Shown: piece by piece, positions 20,210-29,240 of the stretch | Position numbering within the stretch: position 1 is the stretch's first letter | Layout: every line of letters begins with the position of its first letter | From: Sulfurimonas sp. | Lineage (GTDB): Bacteria > Campylobacterota > Campylobacteria > Campylobacterales > Sulfurimonadaceae | DNA: 37,118 bases | Direction of reading: 5' to 3' | Assembly: GCA_015487435.1 (NCBI GenBank) | Contig: WFPU01000038.1 | Span: 1 to 37,118 of the forward strand | Notes under the pieces: model-generated | What the model was told of the DNA's origin: nothing | The model's input: the letters and a program-made list of their open reading frames with translations, nothing else | Databases searched by the model: none | Position numbers and translations under genes: made by a program

Positions 20210-20769
20210 AATTAGAAAAATTTAATAACCTTGTTGAATCATTACAAAGCTTACCAACTATTGGTAAAAAATCAGCTACAAGACTTGCCTATTACATGAT
20301 TATGAGCGATAGTTATTCTGGTATGAAGATTTCACACGCTATAGAGGATGCACTTGGGTGTTTAAAAAAATGTAGCGTATGTGGTGGTATGAGTGAAGAT
20401 GAACTCTGTTTTATTTGTTGTGATGAGCGTAGAGATGAAACTATTTTATGTATAGTTGAGAGTGCTAAAGATATCTTACTCTTAGAAGAAAATGGGCTTT
20501 TTGATGGTAAATATTTTGTTTTAGATTCACTTGAAGAATTAAGAATAAATCATCTTGAAAAAATAGTTAAAAATGGGATAACAGAATTGATTTTTGCAAT
20601 TACTCCATCTATCTCAAACGATGCAGTAATACTCTACATCGAAGATAAACTGCAAAAATACAATATTAACTTTTCAAAAATTGCTCAAGGAGTTCCAACT
20701 GGAGTAAGTTTAGAGAATATTGATCTTCTATCACTCACTAGAGCGATAGAAGATAGGGTTAAAGTTTAA
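20206..20769 (+). CDS. recR: Recombination mediator RecR
   Basis: LPTIGKKSATRLA HhH, C4 zinc finger CSVC...CFIC, Toprim region with IAQGVPTG. ATGA overlap with the mltA stop. Confidence 0.95.
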   Translation: MKLEKFNNLVESLQSLPTIGKKSATRLAYYMIMSDSYSGMKISHAIEDALGCLKKCSVCGGMSEDELCFICCDERRDETILCIVESAKDILLLEENGLFDGKYFVLDSLEELRINHLEKIVKNGITELIFAITPSISNDAVILYIEDKLQKYNINFSKIAQGVPTGVSLENIDLLSLTRAIEDRVKV

Positions 20770-21559
20770 AACTTTTTTGCATATACTTACGTATATCTTC
20801 TTTTTTTAACTCTTTATTTACAAATAACTCGTTTGCCAATATACCTTGACCTAAAAGCATATCTGCTCCATCTTTATAAGTGATATTTTTTTCATTTGCA
20901 AGTTTTAAGAATGGTGTTAATTTTCCATATATTGCATCAGCTACAAAGTTAGTGTTGTTTAACACCTCTTCTATCAACGCTTTTGGAGCTGGTAAATTTT
21001 CATCTTTTAAGCCAGCACTTGTAGTGTTTACGACTAAGTCGTATTTTTCACATTTAAAGCTATCCCATGTATGGTATGTTGGAGTGATTTCTGTAAAATC
21101 ATTTAAACGATTCTTGCTACGATTTAGAACTGTTACATCGATATTGTCTTGTACAAATCTTGAGGTTAATGCTTTTGAAGTTCCCCCAGCTCCTAATATA
21201 AGAACTTTTTTGATATTACCAAACTCTTTTATACAAAACATAAACCCATCAGCATCTGTATTGTAACCAATCAATTTTCCATTTTCATTTATGATAGTAT
21301 TTACAACACCAACAATATTAGCAAAACCTCTGATTTCATCACAAGCTTGAAAGCCTGCTTCCTTATGAGGAACTGTAATATTAGCACCAGATAATCCAAG
21401 TGCTATAAATGTTTCACGCAGTTTATAGCCATCTTCTAAGTGGACTCTTATGTAACATGCTGGATAGTTTAAGTTTTTAAATACACAGTTATGCATAATT
21501 GGAGAGCGAGAATGTGAGACAGGGTTGCCAAAAATAGCAAAAAGTTGTTTATTATCCAT
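20759..21559 (-). CDS. aroE: Shikimate dehydrogenase
   Basis: GNPVSHSRSP, GANITVPHK, GYNTDADG, GAGG motifs. Confidence 0.96.
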   Translation of the reverse strand: MDNKQLFAIFGNPVSHSRSPIMHNCVFKNLNYPACYIRVHLEDGYKLRETFIALGLSGANITVPHKEAGFQACDEIRGFANIVGVVNTIINENGKLIGYNTDADGFMFCIKEFGNIKKVLILGAGGTSKALTSRFVQDNIDVTVLNRSKNRLNDFTEITPTYHTWDSFKCEKYDLVVNTTSAGLKDENLPAPKALIEEVLNNTNFVADAIYGKLTPFLKLANEKNITYKDGADMLLGQGILANELFVNKELKKEDIRKYMQKSFKL

Positions 21560-21560
21560 T

Positions 21561-22964
21561 TTAATCTAAATCCTCAAGAGAGTGAACTAATGCACCAAGT
21601 TTATTTGCAACTTCTTGATATTCTGACTCTTTTACGGAATCAGCTACTATCCCAGCTCCAGCTTGAAGAATTACTTTATCTTCTTTTACCATTGCAGTTC
21701 TTATTGTAATAGCAGTGTCCATATTTCCATCAAATCCAAAGTAACCTATACTTCCACTATAAAACCCTCTTTTTATACCCTCAAATTCAGCAATCAATTC
21801 CATAGCACGAATTTTAGGAGCACCAGTCATGGTACCTGCTGTAAATGTTGCCATAAACAAGTCAAACATATCTTTGTTTTCATCAAGCTCTGCTGTTACA
21901 TCCGATACAATATGCATAACATGAGAAAATTTTTCTATATGCATCATATCTTCTACTTTTACAGTCCCGGTCTTAGCTACACGACTTACATCATTCCTAC
22001 CTAAATCTATGAGCATAAGATGTTCTGCAAGCTCTTTAGGGTCTGCTAAAAGTTCATCTTCAAGTTCTTTATCTTTAAGCTTTGTTTTTCCACGCTTACG
22101 AGTTCCAGCAATTGGACGCAGAAGAAGTTCCCCCTCACTAAGCCTAACCATAACTTCAGGAGAGCTTCCAACAATATTAAAATCTTCATATTCCATTAAA
22201 AACATATATGGAGATGGATTTTTAGTACGTAAAATTCTATAAAAACTAAATGGATCAACTTTTATATTTCTTGTAAAACGGTTTGTCATTAAAATTTGAA
22301 AAACATCACCACTTTTAATCATCTCTTTAGAATCATCAATCATCTTGAAAAATTTCTCTTTTGAGTGGGCAAAATTACCTTTATCTTCACCAGTATTTTT
22401 AACTAGTTCAATATATGGTGATGGCTGTTTTAGCTTATTTTCAATTTTATTAAAATCATCCCCAAATTCTTCTAGGGTTGATACAAGAGTTATTTTATGA
22501 TCTTTATGTGAGTAAACTAGAACTAATTTTGGAAGTATTAAATCCAAATCTGGAGTATTTAGTTCATCTTTCAGATTATCCATATTTGAGTCAAGTTTTG
22601 GCTCAAATATCTTAACCATATCATAACCAATATAACCTATAAATCCATCTACATAACCAATTTTAAGTTCAGATATAGCTTTTTTATAAACAGCTGTATC
22701 AATATTATTGTAGTAAGTTTTTAAAAATTCAAAGGGAGATTCATCAACTACATTTTTTGAACCATTTGAATCAGTATATATTGTTTTTGAGTTTTTGTAT
22801 TGTAGTCTTTGTCTTGCCCCAATAACGATGAAACTGTAGTTACCATCACTTTGTCCAGCACTCTCAAAGAGGAAACTAATCTCATCTTTATAGAGTTCTT
22901 TAATTTTTGCATAAACTGCAATTGGTGTGAGTAGATCTTGTGTAAATTCTTTAGAGTATATCAA
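21561..22964 (-). CDS. trpE: Anthranilate synthase component I
   Basis: FLFES, NPSPYMF, GSSPE, PIAGTRKRG, EHLMLIDLGRND, TGAPKIRAM motifs. TTG start. Confidence 0.9.
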   Translation of the reverse strand: MIYSKEFTQDLLTPIAVYAKIKELYKDEISFLFESAGQSDGNYSFIVIGARQRLQYKNSKTIYTDSNGSKNVVDESPFEFLKTYYNNIDTAVYKKAISELKIGYVDGFIGYIGYDMVKIFEPKLDSNMDNLKDELNTPDLDLILPKLVLVYSHKDHKITLVSTLEEFGDDFNKIENKLKQPSPYIELVKNTGEDKGNFAHSKEKFFKMIDDSKEMIKSGDVFQILMTNRFTRNIKVDPFSFYRILRTKNPSPYMFLMEYEDFNIVGSSPEVMVRLSEGELLLRPIAGTRKRGKTKLKDKELEDELLADPKELAEHLMLIDLGRNDVSRVAKTGTVKVEDMMHIEKFSHVMHIVSDVTAELDENKDMFDLFMATFTAGTMTGAPKIRAMELIAEFEGIKRGFYSGSIGYFGFDGNMDTAITIRTAMVKEDKVILQAGAGIVADSVKESEYQEVANKLGALVHSLEDLD

Positions 22965-22973
22965 ATTTTTTCT

Positions 22974-23615
22974 TTATATTTTAGTTACAAAAGCTCCAGC
23001 TTCTATACTGTTTCTAATGGCTCTTAAAGCTGTTCTTGCCTTTTTATCATTAGAGAACGGACCAATTAAAACTTTATTTAGGGTACCTACTTTATGAAAT
23101 TTATATCTATAACCTTTATCTGTTATAGATTTTAAAAATTTTTTATTTGGCTCATATTTTGAAAAAGAACCAACTTGAACATAGTAAGAACCATATGAGT
23201 CAGTTTTTTTAGTTACAACTTTTTTAACTGGTTCAACTTTTTTAGTTTCAGTTTTTTTAACTTCCACTTTTTTTACAGGTGCTTTATTAGATTCAGCTAA
23301 ACTTTCTTCTTTTAGTTTTTGTGCAATTTGTTCAAGGTTGTTGCTATCTACAGCATCTTCTTGAATTACTTCAACCTCTTCAAAAAGTGGTTCTTCCTCA
23401 TTTGCAATTTGAGATTCTACAGTTTGTGGAGTTGGAAGTGGAACAGGCTTTGGTAAATTATCCACGCCATTAGAATTAAGTGTATTCATTAACATCACTA
23501 CAATAATAAGAACTACACCAAGTGTAGCTACTGCTAGTATTATCTTTTTATTTGAACCCGAAGAGTTGCCTTTATTTAAAATAATATCATTTAATTCGTT
23601 TTTTTCTTCTTCCAT
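22974..23615 (-). CDS. SPOR-domain cell division protein (FtsN/DedD-like)
   Basis: Single TM helix, Pro/Lys/Glu-rich linker, C-terminal YYVQVGSF...VLIGPF SPOR domain. Confidence 0.88.
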   Translation of the reverse strand: MEEEKNELNDIILNKGNSSGSNKKIILAVATLGVVLIIVVMLMNTLNSNGVDNLPKPVPLPTPQTVESQIANEEEPLFEEVEVIQEDAVDSNNLEQIAQKLKEESLAESNKAPVKKVEVKKTETKKVEPVKKVVTKKTDSYGSYYVQVGSFSKYEPNKKFLKSITDKGYRYKFHKVGTLNKVLIGPFSNDKKARTALRAIRNSIEAGAFVTKI

Positions 23616-23698
23616 AATTTCTCCTTTTAGTGTATTTTTAAGTCACTTCGCAACTGATATTTTGTACATCAGTTTTGATTTGAGTCTAAAAATGAGTC

Positions 23699-24241
23699 TC
23701 ACATATGTTTTGACCAAGAAGCACCACGCTCCTTAGAATAAACCTCATATGGTAATGTTAAAATATTGTACTCATCTGGCATATCTGCATTTGGAAACAT
23801 CCGCCACTGCTTAGGTTGTTTAGCAGCTAGTTTCATACTTATAACTTTACCAAGTTGTATAGCCTCCTGTAAAGTAGTGTGACCTTTGTGTACATAAAGA
23901 TGCAGATGACCATCTGTTTTAGTTTTGTAGGCCGTAAAATTTATATATCCCTCTTCACGAAGCAAAAGTTGTGCCTTATGGTAAAATCGCTCAGGATCAC
24001 GACCATTATAATCAATTACGATGTTTTCAACTTTATTGCGGTCGTTTACTAAAGAGTGAGCTACTGTGATTTCACCCTTTATATGTTGATTTATTATTGC
24101 TTGATTTAGTGGAGCATTCACTTTCTCAAACTTATTATAAAAAGTCCTACCTTTAAATGTTAGTTTATCAACTACTTTATCTCTTTTAATCCAGTAGTGA
24201 TTAGTTACCATTTTTATAAGTTTTAGATCCATCGCTGTCAT
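23699..24241 (-). CDS. DUF1882 (HP0184-like) protein with primase-polymerase-like fold
   Basis: [21 protein letters not shown] motifs. Lies directly downstream of glyA as in Helicobacter and Campylobacter. Confidence 0.85.
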   Translation of the reverse strand: MTAMDLKLIKMVTNHYWIKRDKVVDKLTFKGRTFYNKFEKVNAPLNQAIINQHIKGEITVAHSLVNDRNKVENIVIDYNGRDPERFYHKAQLLLREEGYINFTAYKTKTDGHLHLYVHKGHTTLQEAIQLGKVISMKLAAKQPKQWRMFPNADMPDEYNILTLPYEVYSKERGASWSKHM

Positions 24242-24250
24242 AGTTTTACC

Positions 24251-25498
24251 CTAGTAAGTAGGTTGATTATAGATTACAAAGTTTTGAGCCAAAGCTTTTA
24301 ACTCTTCTTTGATACTAGCTTGTAATTGAGTATTATTGATATCATCAAGAACATCAGCCATTTTGTTAGCAATTAGCTCAAACTCTTTTTCTTTCATACC
24401 ACGACTTGTAAGGGCTGGAGAACCAACTCTAATTCCTGAAGTAACAAATGGACTTCTTGTTTCACCTGGAACAGTGTTTTTGTTGATAGTGATACCAGCA
24501 TTACCAAGAGCAGCATCTGCATCTTTACCGCTTATCTCACGACCTACAAAAGATACTAAGATTAAGTGGTTATCTGTTCCGCCTGAAACTACATCATAAC
24601 CTCGTTTAACTAGAACTTCACCAAGAATTTTAGCATTTGCTTTTACTTGCTTAGCGTAATCTTTCCACTCTGGAGAAAGGTTGTACTTAAAACCAACTGC
24701 TTTTGCAGCGATCACATGAACAAGTGGACCACCTTGAAGTGCAGGAAAGATTGCAGAGTTCATTTTTTTAGCTATATCCTCATCATTAGTCATAATCAAA
24801 CCACCACGAGGACCAGCAAGAGTTTTATGCGTTGTAGTTGTTACAACATGAGCATGTGGGAATGGGCTAGGGTGCTCGTTTGCTGCTACAAGACCTGCAA
24901 TGTGTGCAATATCAGCAAAAAGGATAGCACCAACTGCATCAGCAATCTCACGAAACTTTTTGAAGTCAATTTCACGAGCATAAGCAGAAGCACCACATAC
25001 GATGATTTTTGGTTTAACGATTTGAGCAATATCTAAAACTCTTTCATAGTTGATACGCCCATCAAGTTCAACACCATAAGTAAATGAAGAGTAGTTTTTG
25101 CCAGAAAAACTTGGCTTAGAACCGTGTGTTAAGTGACCACCATGGCTTAAATCCATACCTAAAATCTTATCACCTGCTTTAATCAATCCTGCATAAACAG
25201 CACCATTAGCTTGAGAACCTGAGTGAGGTTGTACATTTGCATAGTTACATCCAAAAAGCTTACATGCACGGTCTATAGCTAGTTGTTCAACACCATCTGC
25301 ATATTCACAACCACCATAATAACGCTTACCAGGATAACCCTCAGCATACTTGTTAGTAAATACAGAACCCATAGCTTCCATAACTGCTGGAAGTGTAAAG
25401 TTTTCTGATGCAATCATCTCTAAATGATCAGTTTGACGCTCTAACTCTTTTTCGCATAAATCAAATATTTCGCTGTCATATTCTTTTAAAAAACTCAT
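24251..25498 (-). CDS. glyA: Serine hydroxymethyltransferase
   Basis: [35 protein letters not shown] motifs. Start moved to ATG 25498 (AAGGA SD). Confidence 0.98.
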   Translation of the reverse strand: MSFLKEYDSEIFDLCEKELERQTDHLEMIASENFTLPAVMEAMGSVFTNKYAEGYPGKRYYGGCEYADGVEQLAIDRACKLFGCNYANVQPHSGSQANGAVYAGLIKAGDKILGMDLSHGGHLTHGSKPSFSGKNYSSFTYGVELDGRINYERVLDIAQIVKPKIIVCGASAYAREIDFKKFREIADAVGAILFADIAHIAGLVAANEHPSPFPHAHVVTTTTHKTLAGPRGGLIMTNDEDIAKKMNSAIFPALQGGPLVHVIAAKAVGFKYNLSPEWKDYAKQVKANAKILGEVLVKRGYDVVSGGTDNHLILVSFVGREISGKDADAALGNAGITINKNTVPGETRSPFVTSGIRVGSPALTSRGMKEKEFELIANKMADVLDDINNTQLQASIKEELKALAQNFVIYNQPTY

Positions 25499-25582
25499 AG
25501 TGTAAAATTCCTTGTTAAAATTAGTCCCATTGTACAAAAAAATTGATAATAATAGGCTGAATAATTGTTCTCTATATTATTC

Positions 25583-27865
25583 TTAATCATCTAATTCTGC
25601 TTTAACAATATTAACAGCTTTAACCATATTTTTTAAGCTAGGTATCACTTCATCCCATTTTCTAGTCTTCAAACCACAATCTGGATTTATCCAAAGTTGC
25701 TCTTTTGGAAGAACCTCTAATAAAAGCTTTATCTGTGTTACAATTTCACTTACTGATGGAATTCTAGGTGAGTGAATATCATAAACACCAGGTCCTACCT
25801 CTTGTTTGTAGCCAATTTTTTTAAATATTTTAAGTAGTTCATTTCCACTTCTAGCAGTCTCAATAGATATTACATCTGCATCCATAGCCTCAATAGTTTT
25901 TATAATATCATTAAATTCGCTATAACACATATGGGTATGTATCTGGGTCTCTTGTTTTGCGGAACTAACAGCAATTTTAAAATCTCTAATAGCCCAGGTT
26001 TCATAAGATTTTATATTTTTTTCTCTAAGTGGATAACCCTCTTTAAATGCTGCTTCATCAACTTGAATAATTTTTATTCCTGCATTTTGTAAATCATCTA
26101 TCTCATCGCTTAAAGCTATTGCTATCTGTTTTGAGACTTCATCTCTTGGTTTATCATCTCTTACAAATGACCAGTTTAAAATAGTAACGGGACCTGTAAG
26201 CATCCCTTTCATTATTTTAGTTGTTTTACTTTGTGAATATATCATCCAATCTAGTGTCATAGGCTTAGGGCGTGATATATCACCATATATGAAAGGCGGT
26301 TTTACACATCTACTTCCATAACTTTGTACCCAACCATTTTCGGAAAATCCATAACCTTTAAGTTGTTCACCAAAATACTCAACCATATCGTTACGCTCTG
26401 GTTCCCCATGAACTAAAACATCTAAGCCACAATCTTCTTGAAATTTTATACAATTATCTATATATCGTTTTATCTGTTTGTTATAATTTTCTTTTGTAAT
26501 AAGTCCATTTTTAAAATCTCGTCTTGCATTTCTAATCTCAAGTGTTTGAGGAAAAGAGCCAATAGTAGTAATGGTTAAATCTTTGTATCCTAAACGTTTT
26601 TTTTGAATTTTTATTCTATCTTCATATTTACCATCTCTACTTAGTTTTGTGAAGTTCTTAATTCTGGTTTGAACAAAATTATCATGGATAAGAGATGAAG
26701 TTTTTCTACTTTCATTAGCAGCAGTGTTAGAGTTTAAATTTATAAAATCTTTACTATCTAAATTGTCAATGCCGTTAAAAAATATTTTTGAAATAAGTGA
26801 AATTTCATCTAATTTTTCTACTGCAAAAGAGAGCCAATTTTTTATCTCATTGTCCATTTTATCTTCATATTTTAGAGTAAAAGGGGTGTGCAAGAGAGAA
26901 CATGATGAAGATATAATGATATTATTTTTTGCAACTGTTTTAGTGATTTTTTCTAAAAGAGAGATTGTATTTAAAATATCATTTTTCCAAATATTTCTCC
27001 CATCTACAACACCAGCAATCAGTTTTTTACCTGACTTAGCAATGATACTTAAAGAGTTTATATTTTCTTTTGCATGTAAAAAATCAAGAGCTAATCCATA
27101 GATTGGTGTATGGACTAAAATTTTTGTTGCTTCATTTGAATGTTCAAAATAACTAGCTACTATTATATTAATATTATCACTAATGTTAGTTAGTTTATCG
27201 TAAGTTGGTTTTATAAGGCTAAGTAGCTTTACCTCATTATCTTTAACAAAAATCGGTTCATCAATTTGTATAGTTATATCACTGTCTAAATTTGATATTT
27301 CAACTAGTAACTCTTCATAGATTGGTATTATTTTACCGTATAGCTCATATGTATCACCAGCATCTACCCTTTTTGATAACCCTAAAAATGTTAAAGGACC
27401 TATGATATTGATTTTTGTTTTTATACCTAAATTTTTTGCTTCTTTATATTCATCTAATATTTTTGTAGCATCTAATTTATACTCATCAACAACTGAAAGC
27501 TCAGGAACAATATAGTGATAGTTTGTATTAAACCACTTTGTCATCTCCATAGCGATATTGGTTTTATCTCCCCTTGCCATGCTAAAATATAGCTCTTCAT
27601 CTTTTAGATCTCTAAATCTTTTTGGGATTGCTCCAAGCATTACAGCAGTATCTAGCATATTATCATATAGTGAAAAATCATTTGAACTTATAAAATCGAT
27701 TTCAGCTTCTTTTTGATAATTCCAGTGTCTTTTTTTAAGTTTATATGCAACTTGTTGCACCTCTTTAAATGAGCATTCTTTTGCCCAAAATTTTTCTAAT
27801 ATTTTTTTAAGCTCTCTTTGCTCACCAATTCTTCCAAATCCAATTATGTAATTTTTATTTGACAT
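25583..27865 (-). CDS. metE: Cobalamin-independent methionine synthase
   Basis: MTKWFNTNYHYIVPE, TTIGSFPQT, HGEPERNDMVEYF, HTHMCYSEF, NPDCGLKTR (Zn ligands intact). Confidence 0.98.
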   Translation of the reverse strand: MSNKNYIIGFGRIGEQRELKKILEKFWAKECSFKEVQQVAYKLKKRHWNYQKEAEIDFISSNDFSLYDNMLDTAVMLGAIPKRFRDLKDEELYFSMARGDKTNIAMEMTKWFNTNYHYIVPELSVVDEYKLDATKILDEYKEAKNLGIKTKINIIGPLTFLGLSKRVDAGDTYELYGKIIPIYEELLVEISNLDSDITIQIDEPIFVKDNEVKLLSLIKPTYDKLTNISDNINIIVASYFEHSNEATKILVHTPIYGLALDFLHAKENINSLSIIAKSGKKLIAGVVDGRNIWKNDILNTISLLEKITKTVAKNNIIISSSCSLLHTPFTLKYEDKMDNEIKNWLSFAVEKLDEISLISKIFFNGIDNLDSKDFINLNSNTAANESRKTSSLIHDNFVQTRIKNFTKLSRDGKYEDRIKIQKKRLGYKDLTITTIGSFPQTLEIRNARRDFKNGLITKENYNKQIKRYIDNCIKFQEDCGLDVLVHGEPERNDMVEYFGEQLKGYGFSENGWVQSYGSRCVKPPFIYGDISRPKPMTLDWMIYSQSKTTKIMKGMLTGPVTILNWSFVRDDKPRDEVSKQIAIALSDEIDDLQNAGIKIIQVDEAAFKEGYPLREKNIKSYETWAIRDFKIAVSSAKQETQIHTHMCYSEFNDIIKTIEAMDADVISIETARSGNELLKIFKKIGYKQEVGPGVYDIHSPRIPSVSEIVTQIKLLLEVLPKEQLWINPDCGLKTRKWDEVIPSLKNMVKAVNIVKAELDD

Positions 27866-27926
27866 TACAATATCCTTTATATTTAATATTTTTTATTTTG
27901 TTGTGATTTTTGTATTAAAGATAAAA

Positions 27927-28256
27927 TTAGAGGGGTGGATGTACACCAGTACGGCGAAATGCAAAATATGTCGTGTAGTAAGGACATCTTGGTATATAGT
28001 GGTGTATAAGCAGTGCAATTTTTGTTTTTAGTTTAAAGAAAAAGTTGCAGCAACAAGGTCTAGTGTTTAGCTCAAAAAGTATTTCATTTATCTCTTCAGG
28101 TGGGGATTCATCAATCTCATCATTATCTTTAGGTATTTTACTATTTAAATATAGCGTATACGAGGTTTCACGACTTTGTAAAGTTGCAGATACACTATGA
28201 GCTAATATAGATGTAAATGTAAAATATTTTTTTCCAAAGCCAAGAGGAGATTTCAT
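27927..28256 (-). CDS. Putative metE leader ORF (109 aa, C-terminal RRTGVHPPL)
   Basis: Fills the gap between the lipoprotein stop (3 nt away) and metE (61 nt away). The SD (AAGAAG) is weak. No recognised family. Confidence 0.5.
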   Translation of the reverse strand: MKSPLGFGKKYFTFTSILAHSVSATLQSRETSYTLYLNSKIPKDNDEIDESPPEEINEILFELNTRPCCCNFFFKLKTKIALLIHHYIPRCPYYTTYFAFRRTGVHPPL

Positions 28257-28259
28257 TTT

Positions 28260-28829
28260 TTACTTCTTATGTAAATTTTTTATATCGTTAAAGATACTGT
28301 TTGCAAGAGCATCAATAAATTGTATCTCATCTGCTTTTAAATTTAATTTTTTTGCTATAATTTGTCGAGTTAGAGTAAGATTACCCTTGAATGGAAATTT
28401 ACTCTTTTGAATTTTTATTAATGATTTAGTATGGCTTTTTACATCAATAGTATATTCAAAACTAGGGTATGAAAGTGAGTTAGAAGGGATAGGTGTTTTA
28501 TCTCCAACAAATCTACGCTCATACACTGCATCTATCATCAAAAAATTTGCATCTATTTTTGTTGATAATAAGTTATTTTTTTCAAGTAAGCTACGAAGTT
28601 TTTCATTTAATAATAGTTCTAATTCCTTATCTGAATGGTATTTTTTGTCAGAATCTATAAGTTGAATAACATCTAAGTTCGCTTTGTAAAATTGAAATTT
28701 TTTACTTATTTTTTTCTCTATTTTTGTAGTTACTGGTGTAGTTTGTGTAGTTGGTGTACTTAGTGTTGTACAACCTGTTATACCAATAACTAATGCTATT
28801 AACAATACTTTTAAACTAAAATTTTTCAT
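28260..28829 (-). CDS. Hypothetical lipoprotein
   Basis: MKNFSLKVLLIALVIGITG-C lipobox followed by a Thr/Pro-rich tether. AAGGGA SD supports the ATG at 28829. Confidence 0.8.
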   Translation of the reverse strand: MKNFSLKVLLIALVIGITGCTTLSTPTTQTTPVTTKIEKKISKKFQFYKANLDVIQLIDSDKKYHSDKELELLLNEKLRSLLEKNNLLSTKIDANFLMIDAVYERRFVGDKTPIPSNSLSYPSFEYTIDVKSHTKSLIKIQKSKFPFKGNLTLTRQIIAKKLNLKADEIQFIDALANSIFNDIKNLHKK

Positions 28830-28863
28830 AAATGTATCCCTTGAATTCAAATATTTTACCTAA

Positions 28864-28872
28864 ATTATACCA
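28864..28872 (-). promoter_or_regulatory. Extended -10 promoter (TGGTATAAT) for the lipoprotein gene, possibly reading on into leader and metE
   Basis: ATTATACCA on plus = TGGTATAAT on minus, 34 nt upstream of the ATG. Confidence 0.6.
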
Positions 28873-28918
28873 TGATTTATAATTGATTGATATTTTAATT
28901 TAGATTATATTAAATTTT

Positions 28919-28962
28919 TTGCATAACCTAGATTCTGAATCAAGTTCAGAATGACGAAACTT
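28919..28962. repeat. Palindromic dispersed repeat, locus 3
   Basis: TTGCATAACCTAGATTCTGAATCAAGTTCAGAATGACGAAACTT, 42/44 identical to 10658-10701. Confidence 0.85.
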
Positions 28963-29240
28963 TAAGTATATTGTCTAAAATATGAAGATTTGGTGTTATA
29001 CCAATGCCCACTTACTTATAGTAGATATTATGGTTCAACACTATTACAAAAAATATATAAAGACCAAAATAAACTTGATGAGATGCAGTTAGTTTTTACT
29101 AAAATGGAGATATTGTGTTAATTATGTGTCGAGCAATGCCAATTTTGCCAGAAGTGAGTTGTTGATTATCTTGGTTTGCATTTTTTAAAAAATTAAAAAA
29201 GACAAAGTAAATAAATCTTTATAGAAAAAGAGGAGTATTT

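Noticed and set aside
27866-28259. Cobalamin or SAM-I riboswitch upstream of metE
   Set aside because: No B12-box (GGGAA, GCCACTG, AGYCAGRAGACC) or S-box (ATCAAGAG, GCAACC, GGTGC) signatures found by eye.
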